From Alphaproteobacteria bacterium (GTDB taxonomy: Bacteria; Pseudomonadota; Alphaproteobacteria; UBA828), in assembly GCA_965221125.1 (NCBI GenBank), contig CBDCRW010000003.1, positions 462,682 through 526,681 on the forward strand: a DNA stretch of 64,000 bases. The letters are read 5' to 3'. Below, in pieces: positions 11,706 through 21,633 of this stretch. Under the pieces are notes generated by a model that worked only from the letters and a program-made list of their open reading frames with translations, was not told where the DNA came from and made no database searches. A program made the position numbers and the translations under genes. How positions within the stretch are numbered: position 1 is the first letter of the stretch; each line of letters opens with the position of its first letter.

Positions 11706-12548
11706 TTACGCCGCGCCGCCCACTTGCGGCGGCACGCGGTGCTCGATGGCAAGGGGCGAAAGCTCCGCGTGCACGCGGTTGAGGACGGCCGCCAGCGTCT
11801 CGGCCCACTCCTCGGCGCCACCCCGCGTGCCGATCAGGTCCTGGCGCACCTCGAACTCGATATGCGGCAGGCCGCGCCCCTGGCCGTGCACGGGAATGGA
11901 ATAGTCCGAGGGGCCGATGATGGCGTAGGGCTCGTTGTCGCCGATAGTGAGGCCCGGCCGGATCGCGTCGAGCGCGTCCTTCAGCGGCTGAACCAGGCGG
12001 TCGTCGTGCTCATACAGAAGCCCGATCTCCCACGGGCGGACGAAGCCCTGGAAGACCGGCGTGAAGCTGTGGACCGCGATCAGCATTGGCACCGCGCCTG
12101 CGCCGATGACCCGGTCCAGATAGGCGGCGATGGCGTCGTGGTAGGGCCAGAAGAGGGCGTCCGTCCGTTCCGCCGCCTCGGCTTCCGAGACCGCCTGGTT
12201 GGCCGGCACGAGCGTGCCGTCGCTCACCGGCGGTATGGCCGTGGGGCTTCCCAGCGGCCGGTTGCAATCGATGACCAGGCGCGAGTAGCCGGAGAGAAAT
12301 GCCGGTGCGCCCAGCCGGGCGCTGAGGGATTCGGTGACCATCGCCGCGCCGATGTCCCAGCCGATGTGGCGGTCGAGCTCCGCCTGCTCGAGGCCGAGGC
12401 GCGTCATGTGGGCGGGGACGGCGTTGCTCGCGTGATCGCAAACCAGCACGAACGCCGGATCGTCGGGGTCGGGTCCGATGCGCGTGCACGGCGGCGGATC
12501 GTCGCCGGTCATCCGCGACGCGTCGAACCAGGGGATGGGCTGGCTCAC
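11706..12548 (-). CDS. N-formylglutamate amidohydrolase family protein
   Basis: The GTG at 12548 overlaps the rnd stop (GTGA). 280 aa with FGase-family blocks VCDHASNAVP, IDCNR and VHSFTP. Confidence 0.75.
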   Translation of the reverse strand: MSQPIPWFDASRMTGDDPPPCTRIGPDPDDPAFVLVCDHASNAVPAHMTRLGLEQAELDRHIGWDIGAAMVTESLSARLGAPAFLSGYSRLVIDCNRPLGSPTAIPPVSDGTLVPANQAVSEAEAAERTDALFWPYHDAIAAYLDRVIGAGAVPMLIAVHSFTPVFQGFVRPWEIGLLYEHDDRLVQPLKDALDAIRPGLTIGDNEPYAIIGPSDYSIPVHGQGRGLPHIEFEVRQDLIGTRGGAEEWAETLAAVLNRVHAELSPLAIEHRVPPQVGGAA

Positions 12549-13777
12549 GGCCCCTCCGCCGCGGCGAGAGGCTGAACGGGCGCCCGAGTACCATCGCCGG
12601 CGCCGTTGCCCTTGCCGTCGCAGGCGAGCAGGCGCAGCGTGCCGCGCTCCACCGAGAGCGCGAGGCGGCCGCTCACGAGGGCCAGCGCGTCGTCGCCAAA
12701 GAGCGAGCGGCGCCAGCCCTGCAGCGCCGGCACGCCGGCCGTCTCCCCGCGGGCGATCCGCTCCAGATCGTCGGCGCTCGCGATCAGCCGCCGCGCGACC
12801 CCGGTCTGCTCGCTCTTGAAGGTCAGCAGCACCTTGAGGAGGTCCGTCAACGCAGAAGGCGCCGACGACTTGTCGTTCCGGGCCGGCGGGCTGGGGCATT
12901 CCTCGTCGGGGAGCGCCAGGCCGCGCTTGACCGCCTCGAGCAGCGCCGTGCCGGTGGCGCTCTCGGCGGTCCGCTGGCTCACCGAGCGCAGCTTGGCAAG
13001 CTCCTTCACGGTGCGCGGGCGCTGCGCCGCGATTTCGCTGAGCGCGTTGTCGCGCAGGACCCAGGCGCGGGGCTTGTCGCGCCGGTCCGCCTCGATCTCG
13101 CGCCACGCCGCGAGCTCGCGCAGGATCGCGAGGTAGCGCCGATTGCCGCTGCGCACCTTGAGCCGCCGCCATGCCTCCTCGGGCGGCGCCTCGTAGGTGG
13201 CGCGGTCCGTGATCACGGCAAGCTCCTCGTCGAGCCACGAGCGCCGCCCGGTGCGCTCCAGCGTCGCCGCGAGTTTTTGGTAGACGACGCGCAGGTGGCT
13301 CACGTCGGAGAGCGCGTAGCGCAGCTGCCGCTCGGTCAGCGGCCGGCGCGCCCAGTCGGTGAAGCGCTGCGTCTTGTCGATGCGCCCGTTCGCGAGCTTC
13401 GCCACCAGCGTCTCGTAGCCGACCGAATCGCCGAAGCCGCAGACCATGGCGGCGATCTGGGTGTCGAAGAGCGGATGCGGCACGCCACCGGCGAGGGGTA
13501 GCAGCACCTCCACGTCCTGCCGCGCCGCGTGAAAGACCTTGAGGACGGGCGCACGAACCAGAAGCTCGTAGAGGGGGCTGAGGTCGATCCCGTTCGCGAG
13601 AGGGTCGACGGCGACCGGCTCGCCCTCCGGCGGGCCGATCTGCAGCAGGCAGAGCCTGGCGCGATAGCTGCTCTCGCGCATGAACTCGGTATCGACCGTG
13701 ACGAACGCCGCCTCGCGCCACGCCGCGCAGAGGCCGGCGAGCGTCGCGCTGTCGGCGATCAGCCGGGGTTCGCTCAC
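12545..13777 (-). CDS. rnd: ribonuclease D
   Basis: GTG at 13777 (VSEPRLIADSATL). DEDD exonuclease blocks VDTEF and KVFHAARQDVEVL, followed by an HRDC-like region. Confidence 0.85.
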   Translation of the reverse strand: MSEPRLIADSATLAGLCAAWREAAFVTVDTEFMRESSYRARLCLLQIGPPEGEPVAVDPLANGIDLSPLYELLVRAPVLKVFHAARQDVEVLLPLAGGVPHPLFDTQIAAMVCGFGDSVGYETLVAKLANGRIDKTQRFTDWARRPLTERQLRYALSDVSHLRVVYQKLAATLERTGRRSWLDEELAVITDRATYEAPPEEAWRRLKVRSGNRRYLAILRELAAWREIEADRRDKPRAWVLRDNALSEIAAQRPRTVKELAKLRSVSQRTAESATGTALLEAVKRGLALPDEECPSPPARNDKSSAPSALTDLLKVLLTFKSEQTGVARRLIASADDLERIARGETAGVPALQGWRRSLFGDDALALVSGRLALSVERGTLRLLACDGKGNGAGDGTRAPVQPLAAAEGP

Positions 13778-13796
13778 GGGGCGCCGCAGGGCGGTA

Positions 13797-14972
13797 TCAC
13801 GCGGCAGCCGCCTCGGTCGCCGGCACACTGTCGCCGCTCGCGGCGGCAAGGGCGGCGCTCTGGCCCGTGCCGGTGATCCAGCCGCCGCCCAGCACCCGGT
13901 CACGGTCGTAGAGGACGCAGGCCTGCCCCGGCGCGGTGGCGGCCTCCGGCTCCTCCAGCGTGACCTCTGCGGTGCCGTCGGCCGCGCGCACGAGCCGCGC
14001 CGCGGCACCGGGATGGCTGGAGCGGAGGCGTGCCACCACGGCCCGCGCCGCGCCGGGCGCCGGCATGTCCGATCCGATCCAGGCGAGCGGGCCGATGAAG
14101 ACGCGATCGCGCAGCAGCGCCGCCTGCGGGCCGACGACGACCTCGCGCTTCGCGGCATCGACCGCGAGCACGTAGAGCGGCTCCGGCCCTGCGATGCCGA
14201 GGCCGCGGCGCTGGCCCACGGTAAAGTGGATGATGCCCTGGTGGCGGCCGAGGACCCGGCCCGCCCGGTCGACGATGGCGCCGGGCTCGGAGGCGCCGGG
14301 GCGGAGCCGCTCGATCACGCCGGCATAGCGGCCCGACGGCACGAAGCAGATGTCCTGGCTGTCGGGCTTGGCGGCGACGGCGAGGCCGAGGCGGTCCGCC
14401 TGCGCCCGCACCTGCGCCTTCGGCATGCCGCCGAGGGGGAAGCGCAGGAATTCGAGCTGTTCTGGTGTCGTCGCGAAGAGGAAGTAGCTCTGATCCCTGG
14501 CATGGTCGATCGCGCGGTGAAGCTCGGGCCCTGCCGGCCCGGCCACGCGCCGGACGTAGTGCCCGGTGGCGAGCGCATCCGCCCCGAGATCGCGGGCGAG
14601 GGCCAGAAGGTCGCGGAACTTCACGCGCTCGTTGCAGCGCACGCAGGGGATCGGCGTCTCGCCGCGCAGGTAGGCGTCGGCGAAGTCGTCGATCACCGCC
14701 TCCCTGAAGCGTTCCTCGTAGTCGAGGACGTAGTGGCGGATGCCGAGCCGGTCGGCCACGCGGCGGGCGTCGTAGATGTCCTCGCCGGCACAGCAGGCGC
14801 CGGGACGGTCGCGTGGCGCTCCTGCCGCGTAGAGCTGGAGCGTGATGCCCACCACCTCGTAGCCCGCCTCCGCCACGAGCGCGGCGGTCACCGACGAATC
14901 GACGCCGCCCGACATGGCGACGACGACGCGGGCGCCGCGGCCGAGGCCGAGATCAAGGGAGGATGAGGGCAT
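13797..14972 (-). CDS. mnmA: tRNA 2-thiouridine(34) synthase
   Basis: ATG at 14972 (MPSSSLDLG). PP-loop [11 protein letters not shown] and catalytic-region [14 protein letters not shown]. Confidence 0.9.
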   Translation of the reverse strand: MPSSSLDLGLGRGARVVVAMSGGVDSSVTAALVAEAGYEVVGITLQLYAAGAPRDRPGACCAGEDIYDARRVADRLGIRHYVLDYEERFREAVIDDFADAYLRGETPIPCVRCNERVKFRDLLALARDLGADALATGHYVRRVAGPAGPELHRAIDHARDQSYFLFATTPEQLEFLRFPLGGMPKAQVRAQADRLGLAVAAKPDSQDICFVPSGRYAGVIERLRPGASEPGAIVDRAGRVLGRHQGIIHFTVGQRRGLGIAGPEPLYVLAVDAAKREVVVGPQAALLRDRVFIGPLAWIGSDMPAPGAARAVVARLRSSHPGAAARLVRAADGTAEVTLEEPEAATAPGQACVLYDRDRVLGGGWITGTGQSAALAAASGDSVPATEAAAA

Positions 14973-15207
14973 GGCGCGCACTATAGGGTCGCTCCGGGTC
15001 GGCGCAAGTCGCCGACGCGCCCCGGTTGAAATCGCCGGGTTCCTCCCGCGTGCGCCGCGCGGCACCCGGAAACGTGGCGGCGATGAACGCGCGCGGGCGT
15101 GTCGGCTTGACTCCGATTTAGGCGGCCTCCTACGCTTCGATGGGTTGACAGCCCGTTACAGGAAAACGTCAGCCATCAGGCTGCGAGAACAATCAGGGAG
15201 AGCTTCA

Positions 15208-16317
15208 ATGAAATCGTTGAAACGATTGGCTGTGCTCGCATGCGCGAGCGCCTTCGTCGCTGGCGCTCTGTCCGCTCCATGGGCGACCGCGAAGGCCGAG
15301 GGGACAGGCACGCTCCAGGGCGACGGCAAGGCAATGGTGATGTTCGTCATGACGGCGTCGAACGTTTACGGCGCCAATCAGATCAAGGGGGCCGAGCAGG
15401 AAGCGGAGCGGCTCGGCTGGGATCTCACCGTGTTCCAGCACAACTTCTCCCAGCCGGAGCAGGACGCGCAGGTTCAGCAATACATCGCGAGCGGCGCTGA
15501 GCCGGAGGTCATCATCTTCTGGCCGTGGGTGGCCGATGCGGCGATCAACGCCGTGCGCCAGCTCTCGCGCCTCGCTCCGGTCATCCAGCTCACCCAGGAG
15601 CCGAACGAGCAGTCCTGGCCCTACGTCCAGGCGTACTCCGGCGCCAATCAGATCCTGATCGGCGAGACGCTCGGTCACATGATGCTGCAGGCCCGTGAGG
15701 CTGCGCGCGCTGCCGGCATGGAGTTCAAGAGCCCCGAAGGGAACCTGCTGATATTCCAGCACCCCGAAGGCGAGAAGACCGGCGTCGAGCGGATGAAGGG
15801 GTTCCTGGCGGTGACCGCCGATGAGCCCTTCAACATCATCCACACCGAGTGGGGTCCCAACAGCCCCGAGACCGGCTACCAGATCGGCAGCCAGGTGGTG
15901 CCGAAATTCAAGGGCCAGTTCGACTTCCTGTTCGTGTCCAACCAGCAGGCGGCGAACGGCATCATCCGCGCTCTCAAGGAGAACGGGATTGCGCCGGGCC
16001 AGGACGTCTACATCGTTTCCGGCGACTGCTCAGGCAGTCTCGACGCGGTGAAGAACGGCGAGACCTTCGGCACCGGCATTCAGCCGGCCGCCGTCGAAGG
16101 CGCGCTCGCGGTCCGCTCGGCGGCCAAGTTCGTGGCCCACGGCCGGATCGAAGGCGACGTGATCCAGCTTGAGGTCGAGGCCGAGGCGCCCGAGGCCGAG
16201 AACACGCCGCCGGCGAAGTACAACTACATGCCGCACGCTCCCGCGATCGGGGCGGAGGGTGTCGCCAACACGCGAATCTGGGGCTACACGGCGGACGAGA
16301 TCTGCGCCGCCGGCTGA
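15208..16317 (+). CDS. monosaccharide ABC transporter substrate-binding protein (PBP1/CUT2 type)
   Basis: ATG at 15208 with AGGGAG 7 nt upstream. Sec signal MKSLKRLAVLACASAFVAGALSAPWATAKA. First gene of the ABC operon. Confidence 0.8.
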   Translation: MKSLKRLAVLACASAFVAGALSAPWATAKAEGTGTLQGDGKAMVMFVMTASNVYGANQIKGAEQEAERLGWDLTVFQHNFSQPEQDAQVQQYIASGAEPEVIIFWPWVADAAINAVRQLSRLAPVIQLTQEPNEQSWPYVQAYSGANQILIGETLGHMMLQAREAARAAGMEFKSPEGNLLIFQHPEGEKTGVERMKGFLAVTADEPFNIIHTEWGPNSPETGYQIGSQVVPKFKGQFDFLFVSNQQAANGIIRALKENGIAPGQDVYIVSGDCSGSLDAVKNGETFGTGIQPAAVEGALAVRSAAKFVAHGRIEGDVIQLEVEAEAPEAENTPPAKYNYMPHAPAIGAEGVANTRIWGYTADEICAAG

Positions 16318-16329
16318 AGATTCCGTGCT

Positions 16330-17898
16330 GTGTCGGAAGAAGCCGCGGAGACAAGCGGTCTGAACGAGGAGACGGCGCCGCTGCTGCGACTCAGCGTGCG
16401 CCGTCTCTCCAAACGCTACGGTAACGTCCAGGCGCTCGACAACGTCGACTTCCAATTGCGTCCGGGCGAGGTCATGGCGTTGCTCGGCGAGAACGGCGCC
16501 GGCAAGAGCACGCTCGTCAAGATTCTCTCCGGCCTCGTCCAGCCCGATTCGGGCACGATCGAGATCGACGGGAAGCCCGCGTCGCTCTACCCGAGCGCAC
16601 GATCCCAATCGGCGGGCGTGGCCGTCGTCCACCAGGAATACAGCTCAGTCCCCACGCTGAGCGTGGCCGAGAACCTGGTGCTGGGCCAGAAGGGCATTCC
16701 GCCGATCTGGCTGCCGCGCGAGCTCAACGCCCGCGCCAGACGGCTGCTCGCCGGTGTCGGCCTGGACTACCTCGATCCGCGCACGCCGGTGGAGCGGCTC
16801 AGCGTCGCCGAGATGCAGCTGCTCGAGGTCGCGCGCCTGCTCGTGCGCGACGCGCGTATCCTGATCTTCGACGAGCCGACGGCGGCGCTTGCCGACCGCG
16901 AGATCGAACGCGTGCTCGCCGTCATCAAGCGGCTCTCGGCCGAGGGGCGCAGCGTCATCTACGTCACGCACCGGCTGCCCGAGGTGTTCCGCCTCGCCCA
17001 TCGCGTGACGGTGTTTCGCAACGGACAGAGCCTGCCGGCCAGGTCCGCCAGCGAGCTCGACGTGGACGCGGTGATCGCGATGATGCTGGGGCGCGAGCTC
17101 GGCACGATGTTTCCCGCCCGCGGCTCGCTCTCCGACGAGCCGCTGCTCCGCGTCGACGGGCTGCTGGCGGAGGGGCTCGAAGAGCCGGTGAGCCTGAACG
17201 TCCATCCGGGCGAGATCGTGGGCCTGACCGGGCAGTTAGGCAGCGGCGCCAACGCGGTGGTCCAGTCGCTCGCCGGAATGCTGCCTCCGCTCGCGGGCCG
17301 GGTCGAGCTGAAGGGCACGGAATTATCGTTGCGCAGCCGGGTCGCCACGCTCAAGAGCGGCGTTGCCTACTGCACGGCAGATCGCAAGAAGGACGGCATC
17401 TTTGCGGGACGGCCGATCCGCGAGAACCTGTCATCGCCCTGGGTGCGCGCGGTGTCGTCCGGCGGCTGGATTTCGGGCCGCCGCGAGCGCGTTCGCTCAC
17501 GCGAGATCGCGGCGGAGTTCGCCATAGACGTGAAGCGCCTCGGCGCTGCGGTGGGCGCGCTCAGCGGCGGCAACCAGCAGAAGGTCGCGGTGGGCAAGTG
17601 GCTCGGCACCGAGCCCGGCGTGATCCTGCTGGAGGAGCCCACGCGGGGCGTCGATATCGGTGCGCGCGCCGAAATCTACCAACGGCTGCGCGATCTCTGC
17701 AGCGCCGGGGTCGGCATCGTGGTTGCAAGCTCCGACACGTCCGAGATTCTCGGGCTGTCGGACACCATCGCCACGTTCTACCGCGGCCGGATGATCCGCA
17801 TCCTGCCGCATGACGAATGGACCGAAGACGCGCTGGTGCGGGAAGTCATGCACCGGGAGGACGAGGCGCCGGCGCCCGCCAGCGGGGCCGAAGCGTGA
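16330..17898 (+). CDS. sugar ABC transporter ATP-binding protein (duplicated ABC domains)
   Basis: First-domain Walker A GENGAGKST. Signature LSGGNQQKV and Walker B ILLEEPT in the second domain. 522 aa, typical of CUT2 ATPases. Confidence 0.9.
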   Translation: MSEEAAETSGLNEETAPLLRLSVRRLSKRYGNVQALDNVDFQLRPGEVMALLGENGAGKSTLVKILSGLVQPDSGTIEIDGKPASLYPSARSQSAGVAVVHQEYSSVPTLSVAENLVLGQKGIPPIWLPRELNARARRLLAGVGLDYLDPRTPVERLSVAEMQLLEVARLLVRDARILIFDEPTAALADREIERVLAVIKRLSAEGRSVIYVTHRLPEVFRLAHRVTVFRNGQSLPARSASELDVDAVIAMMLGRELGTMFPARGSLSDEPLLRVDGLLAEGLEEPVSLNVHPGEIVGLTGQLGSGANAVVQSLAGMLPPLAGRVELKGTELSLRSRVATLKSGVAYCTADRKKDGIFAGRPIRENLSSPWVRAVSSGGWISGRRERVRSREIAAEFAIDVKRLGAAVGALSGGNQQKVAVGKWLGTEPGVILLEEPTRGVDIGARAEIYQRLRDLCSAGVGIVVASSDTSEILGLSDTIATFYRGRMIRILPHDEWTEDALVREVMHREDEAPAPASGAEA

Positions 17899-18866
17899 GA
17901 CTTTCGGGGGCCGTTCGCCTGCCGCAGGGCCGCGTCTGGGACTGGCTGCCGCTCGCCATCATCATCGGGCTGGCGCTCGCCGGCATCATCGTGGCGGTCA
18001 TCATCACGCCGAGCTTCCTCACCGTCGACAACATCCGCGCCATCCTGCGGAACGCGTCGATCGTCGGCATCGTCGCCGTCGCCATGACGCCGATGACGCT
18101 CTCCGGCAACTTCGTCTCGCTCGCCATTGGCCAGTCGGCGATGCTGGCGATGGTGTGCTTCGTGGCGCTGGTCGGCGACGGATGGCCGCAGCCGCTCGCC
18201 ATAATCGTGGTCGTCGCCGGGCTGATCGTCGTGGGCGTGATGCAGGGCGCGATCGTCGCCACCGGGCTCAACCCCATCATCACCACGCTCGCGGCCGGCG
18301 CGATCATCTTCGGTGTCGTGACGGAGATCACCGGCGCCGGCATCGTGCGAGCCGGCGACTACCTCATCGGCTGGGGCAGCAGCACGGTTGTCGGGATTCC
18401 GATCCAGGTTCTGATCTTCTTCATCTTCACTGTGGTGGTGTCGATCCTCATGTCGCGTACTGTGCTCGGGCGGGAGACCATGCTGGTCGGCGCCAATCGC
18501 GCGACCGCGCGGATCAGCGGCATCTCGTTCACCCGCGTCACCATCCTCGCGTTCGTGATCTTCTCGGTCGGCCTCGCCATCGCCGGCATCCTCAACGGCG
18601 CTGCCTTCAACCAGGCCACGTCGCGCTCGTTCCCCAACCTGACCATCGACGCGATCGCCGCGCTGCTGGTGGGCGGCACCGCGATCCAGGGTGGGCACGG
18701 CTCGCCGTTGCGCTCGGCCGGCGGCGCCCTCTTCATCGCGGTCATATCCAGCATGATGGTGCTCAACGACTTCAGCACCGGCGGACGGCTCGCGGTCCAG
18801 GGCGGTGTCGTCGTTGCCGTCGTGGTGCTTCTCCATGAGTTGCGGCGCCGCAGGGAGGTGCGCTGA
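17895..18866 (+). CDS. sugar ABC transporter permease
   Basis: The GTG at 17895 overlaps the ATPase stop (GTGA). Hydrophobic, about 10 TM, RbsC-like. Confidence 0.8.
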   Translation: MRLSGAVRLPQGRVWDWLPLAIIIGLALAGIIVAVIITPSFLTVDNIRAILRNASIVGIVAVAMTPMTLSGNFVSLAIGQSAMLAMVCFVALVGDGWPQPLAIIVVVAGLIVVGVMQGAIVATGLNPIITTLAAGAIIFGVVTEITGAGIVRAGDYLIGWGSSTVVGIPIQVLIFFIFTVVVSILMSRTVLGRETMLVGANRATARISGISFTRVTILAFVIFSVGLAIAGILNGAAFNQATSRSFPNLTIDAIAALLVGGTAIQGGHGSPLRSAGGALFIAVISSMMVLNDFSTGGRLAVQGGVVVAVVVLLHELRRRREVR

Positions 18867-19879
18867 TGGTTGCCCGCAGCCTCGACAAGCTCAGGCCCTA
18901 CGCGCTGCCTCTGGTCGTGCTGCTGATCACGTGGGGCATCATCGCCGGGATCACGCCGAGCTTCCGCGGTGTCGGCAGCATCTTCGCGGTGCTGGAGGGC
19001 TTTCCGCTCGTCGGGCTCGCGGCTCTGGGTCTCGCGGTCACGATCATCGCCGGCGAGCTTGACCTCTCCGTCGGCTCCATGGCGGCCCTCGCCGCCGTGG
19101 TGGCGGTGCTGACATCGCCGGCCGGCCTCGTCCCCTGCATCCTGATCGCCACACTGGTCGGCGTCGTTTTTGGTGCGGTGCAGGGCACGCTGATCGGCTA
19201 CCTGCGGATCAACTCCCTGGTGTTCACCATCGGCACGCTGATATTGCTGCGCGGCCTCACCTACATCGCGAGCGACAACGCGCCCATCATCATCCAGAAC
19301 ATCACGATCACGGACCCGCTGCTGGACCGCTACGTGGTCTTCTCCATCAGCAGCATCACCGCGGTGACGGTGTTCATCCTCGCGGGCCTGTTCCTCACGT
19401 ATACGCGCTGGGGCCGCGAGATCTACGCCATCGGCGGCGCGCGCAACGAGGCGATTGCCGCCGGCGTGCCGCGCATACGCCCGCTCACCGTGAGCTTCGC
19501 CATCTCGGCGGGATGCGCGAGCCTCGCCGGCGCGCTCGCGGCCACACGCGGCGGCAGCGCCGCGCCTCAGAACTATGCGGACCTGCTGCTGAGCGGGGCG
19601 GCCGCAGCGCTGCTCGGCGGCATCAGCCTCTATGGCGGGCGCGGCACGGTGGTCAACGTCGCCCTCGGCGTCGCCGTGCTCACGGTGGTCGCCACCGGGC
19701 TCGCGGCACGGGGCAGCACCGCCTATCTGGTGCAGCTGGTCACCGGCGCGCTGCTGCTCACGATGATCGCCATCGAGTTCCTCGCCGGCCGCCTGACCAT
19801 CCGCGATACGATCTTCGGTGCGGGGCTGCGCGGACGCTCGCAGGGGCCGGAAGACTCGAGCAGCCAGCGGGAGGAATGA
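18866..19879 (+). CDS. sugar ABC transporter permease
   Basis: The ATG overlaps the preceding stop (TGATG). 337-aa hydrophobic RbsC-like ORF. Confidence 0.85.
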   Translation: MVARSLDKLRPYALPLVVLLITWGIIAGITPSFRGVGSIFAVLEGFPLVGLAALGLAVTIIAGELDLSVGSMAALAAVVAVLTSPAGLVPCILIATLVGVVFGAVQGTLIGYLRINSLVFTIGTLILLRGLTYIASDNAPIIIQNITITDPLLDRYVVFSISSITAVTVFILAGLFLTYTRWGREIYAIGGARNEAIAAGVPRIRPLTVSFAISAGCASLAGALAATRGGSAAPQNYADLLLSGAAAALLGGISLYGGRGTVVNVALGVAVLTVVATGLAARGSTAYLVQLVTGALLLTMIAIEFLAGRLTIRDTIFGAGLRGRSQGPEDSSSQREE

Positions 19880-19882
19880 GCG

Positions 19883-20632
19883 ATGCCGGGGCGTCTCGAT
19901 GGAAAGACCGCGATCGTGACCGGGGCGGCGACGGGGATCGGCTCGGCGACGGCGCGGCTCTTCCTCGCCGAAGGGGCAAGGGTGTTCGCCGCCGACATCA
20001 AGGAGCCGGGAGACGCGCTGGCGGCCGCGTTGGCGGAGAACGGCGAGCGCATGCGCTTCCACCATCTCGATGTGCGGAGCGAGAAGGCCTGGTCCGCCGG
20101 CCTCGCCCGCTGTGCGGACGAGCTGGGACAGCCGGACGTTCTCATCAACAATGCGGGCGCGCTCGGCAGCGGCAAGCCGGTGCACGAGGAGACACTGGCT
20201 GGCATGACGGCCGCCTTCGAGAGCAACGTGCTCGGCATGTTTCTCGGCATGAAGACCGTGGTTCCCGGAATGATCCAGCGGGGCGGCGGCGCGATCGTCA
20301 ACGTCTCCTCGGTCTGGGGCTGGTCCGGCGTCGAGAACAACGCCGCCTACCAGACGTCGAAGGGGGCCGCGGTGATGCTTTCGAAGAACGCTGGCGTCAC
20401 CTACGCGCCGCACAACATCCGCGTGAACTGCCTGCTGCCGGGCTATATCGACACCCCGATGTCGCGCGGCGTCACCGAGGACGAAGCCCGGATGCTGGTC
20501 GACTTCACGCCGCTCGGGCGCCGGGCGGAGCCGCACGAGGTCGCGCCCATGATCCTGTTCCTCGCCTCCGACGAAGCCAGCTTCGTTGCGGCCGGCAACT
20601 ACATGGTCGACGGCGGAATGGCGGCGCTTTAG
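19883..20632 (+). CDS. SDR-family short-chain dehydrogenase/reductase
   Basis: Cofactor motif TGAATGIGSA, NNAG, and catalytic YQTSK. 249 aa. Confidence 0.9.
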   Translation: MPGRLDGKTAIVTGAATGIGSATARLFLAEGARVFAADIKEPGDALAAALAENGERMRFHHLDVRSEKAWSAGLARCADELGQPDVLINNAGALGSGKPVHEETLAGMTAAFESNVLGMFLGMKTVVPGMIQRGGGAIVNVSSVWGWSGVENNAAYQTSKGAAVMLSKNAGVTYAPHNIRVNCLLPGYIDTPMSRGVTEDEARMLVDFTPLGRRAEPHEVAPMILFLASDEASFVAAGNYMVDGGMAAL

Positions 20633-20647
20633 GCGGAGAGCCGCGCC

Positions 20648-21517
20648 GTGATCTACGACGCGCCGCGCTTCCTCCCCGGCGGGGACCGCTTCGTTCTCGT
20701 CGAGCTCGGAAACGAGATGAGCCTCGATCTCAATTTCGTGGCGCATGGACTGGCGCACGCGATCGCGGCCGAGCGCGTGACGGGCGTGATCGAGACCGCG
20801 CCGGCCTATGCCTCGCTCCTGGTCCACTACGACCCTTACGAGGTCTCCTTCGATCGCTTGACGGAGGAGGTCGGCGCTCTCGCCCGCTCCCTCGGCTCGT
20901 CCGACGCGATGACGCTGGAGAGCAGGCTGTTTTACTTCCCCACCGCCTATCTCGACCCGTGGAGCGCGGAGGCGGTGGAGCGCTACATCGCCGAGGTGGC
21001 ACCGAAAACCCGCGACCCGGAGCTGCTGGTGGAGTCCAACGGCCTCGGCGATGTCGGGGAGCTGGTGCGGATACACGCCGCCACGGAATACTGGGTCGCC
21101 GCGATCGGCTGGTGGCCGGGCGTCCCCTTCATGATGCCGCTCGACCCGCGCTGCCGGCTCACCGCGCCCCGTTACAACCCGCCGCGGCTCTGGACCAAGA
21201 AGGGCACGGTCGGCGTCGGCGGCGGCACGACGGGCATCTACCCGGAGGACCTGCCGGGCGGCATCCAGATCTTTGCGCGCATCCCCGTTCCGATCTGGGA
21301 CCGCGACCGGCGGTTCCCGATCTTCGAGGACTCGATCTGCCTGCTGCGCCCTGGCGACCGCGTGAAGTTCGTGCCCTGCGCGCTCGACGAGTTCGATGCG
21401 GTCGAGCGCATGGTGGACGAGGCCACCTATCCCTTCAACGTCGTCGAGTACCAGACCTTCTCCGTTCCGCACTACCGCGCCTGGCTGAGAAGCATCGACG
21501 TCGAGCAGCGCTTCTGA
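20648..21517 (+). CDS. PxpB/KipI-like carboxyltransferase-domain protein (allophanate hydrolase subunit 1 family), orphan
   Basis: 289 aa. The N-terminal pattern (GDRFVLVELG ... ETAPAYASLLVHYDP) and C-terminal pattern (GTVGVGGGTTGIYPEDLPGGIQIF ... LLRPGDRVKFVP) match my recollection of the AHS1/KipI fold. No PxpC/PxpA partner is present in the window. Confidence 0.65.
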   Translation: MIYDAPRFLPGGDRFVLVELGNEMSLDLNFVAHGLAHAIAAERVTGVIETAPAYASLLVHYDPYEVSFDRLTEEVGALARSLGSSDAMTLESRLFYFPTAYLDPWSAEAVERYIAEVAPKTRDPELLVESNGLGDVGELVRIHAATEYWVAAIGWWPGVPFMMPLDPRCRLTAPRYNPPRLWTKKGTVGVGGGTTGIYPEDLPGGIQIFARIPVPIWDRDRRFPIFEDSICLLRPGDRVKFVPCALDEFDAVERMVDEATYPFNVVEYQTFSVPHYRAWLRSIDVEQRF

Positions 21518-21633
21518 TCCGCCCATGTCTTGCGCCAAACGTGCAGGGAGCGGGCGTGGCGCGAGGCCGCCGTGCTATGGTGCCGTCGCTCTTTCGGTCG
21601 CGCCGAGACCAGAGATACGAGGGGAGATGAGCG

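Noticed and set aside
18359-21538. 1059-aa minus-strand ORF spanning the permease, SDR and KipI-like genes
   Set aside because: It is antisense to four well-supported genes. The product is Arg/Gly/Asp/His/Pro-rich low complexity with no recognisable domain. This is a typical stop-poor alternate frame in ~70% GC DNA.
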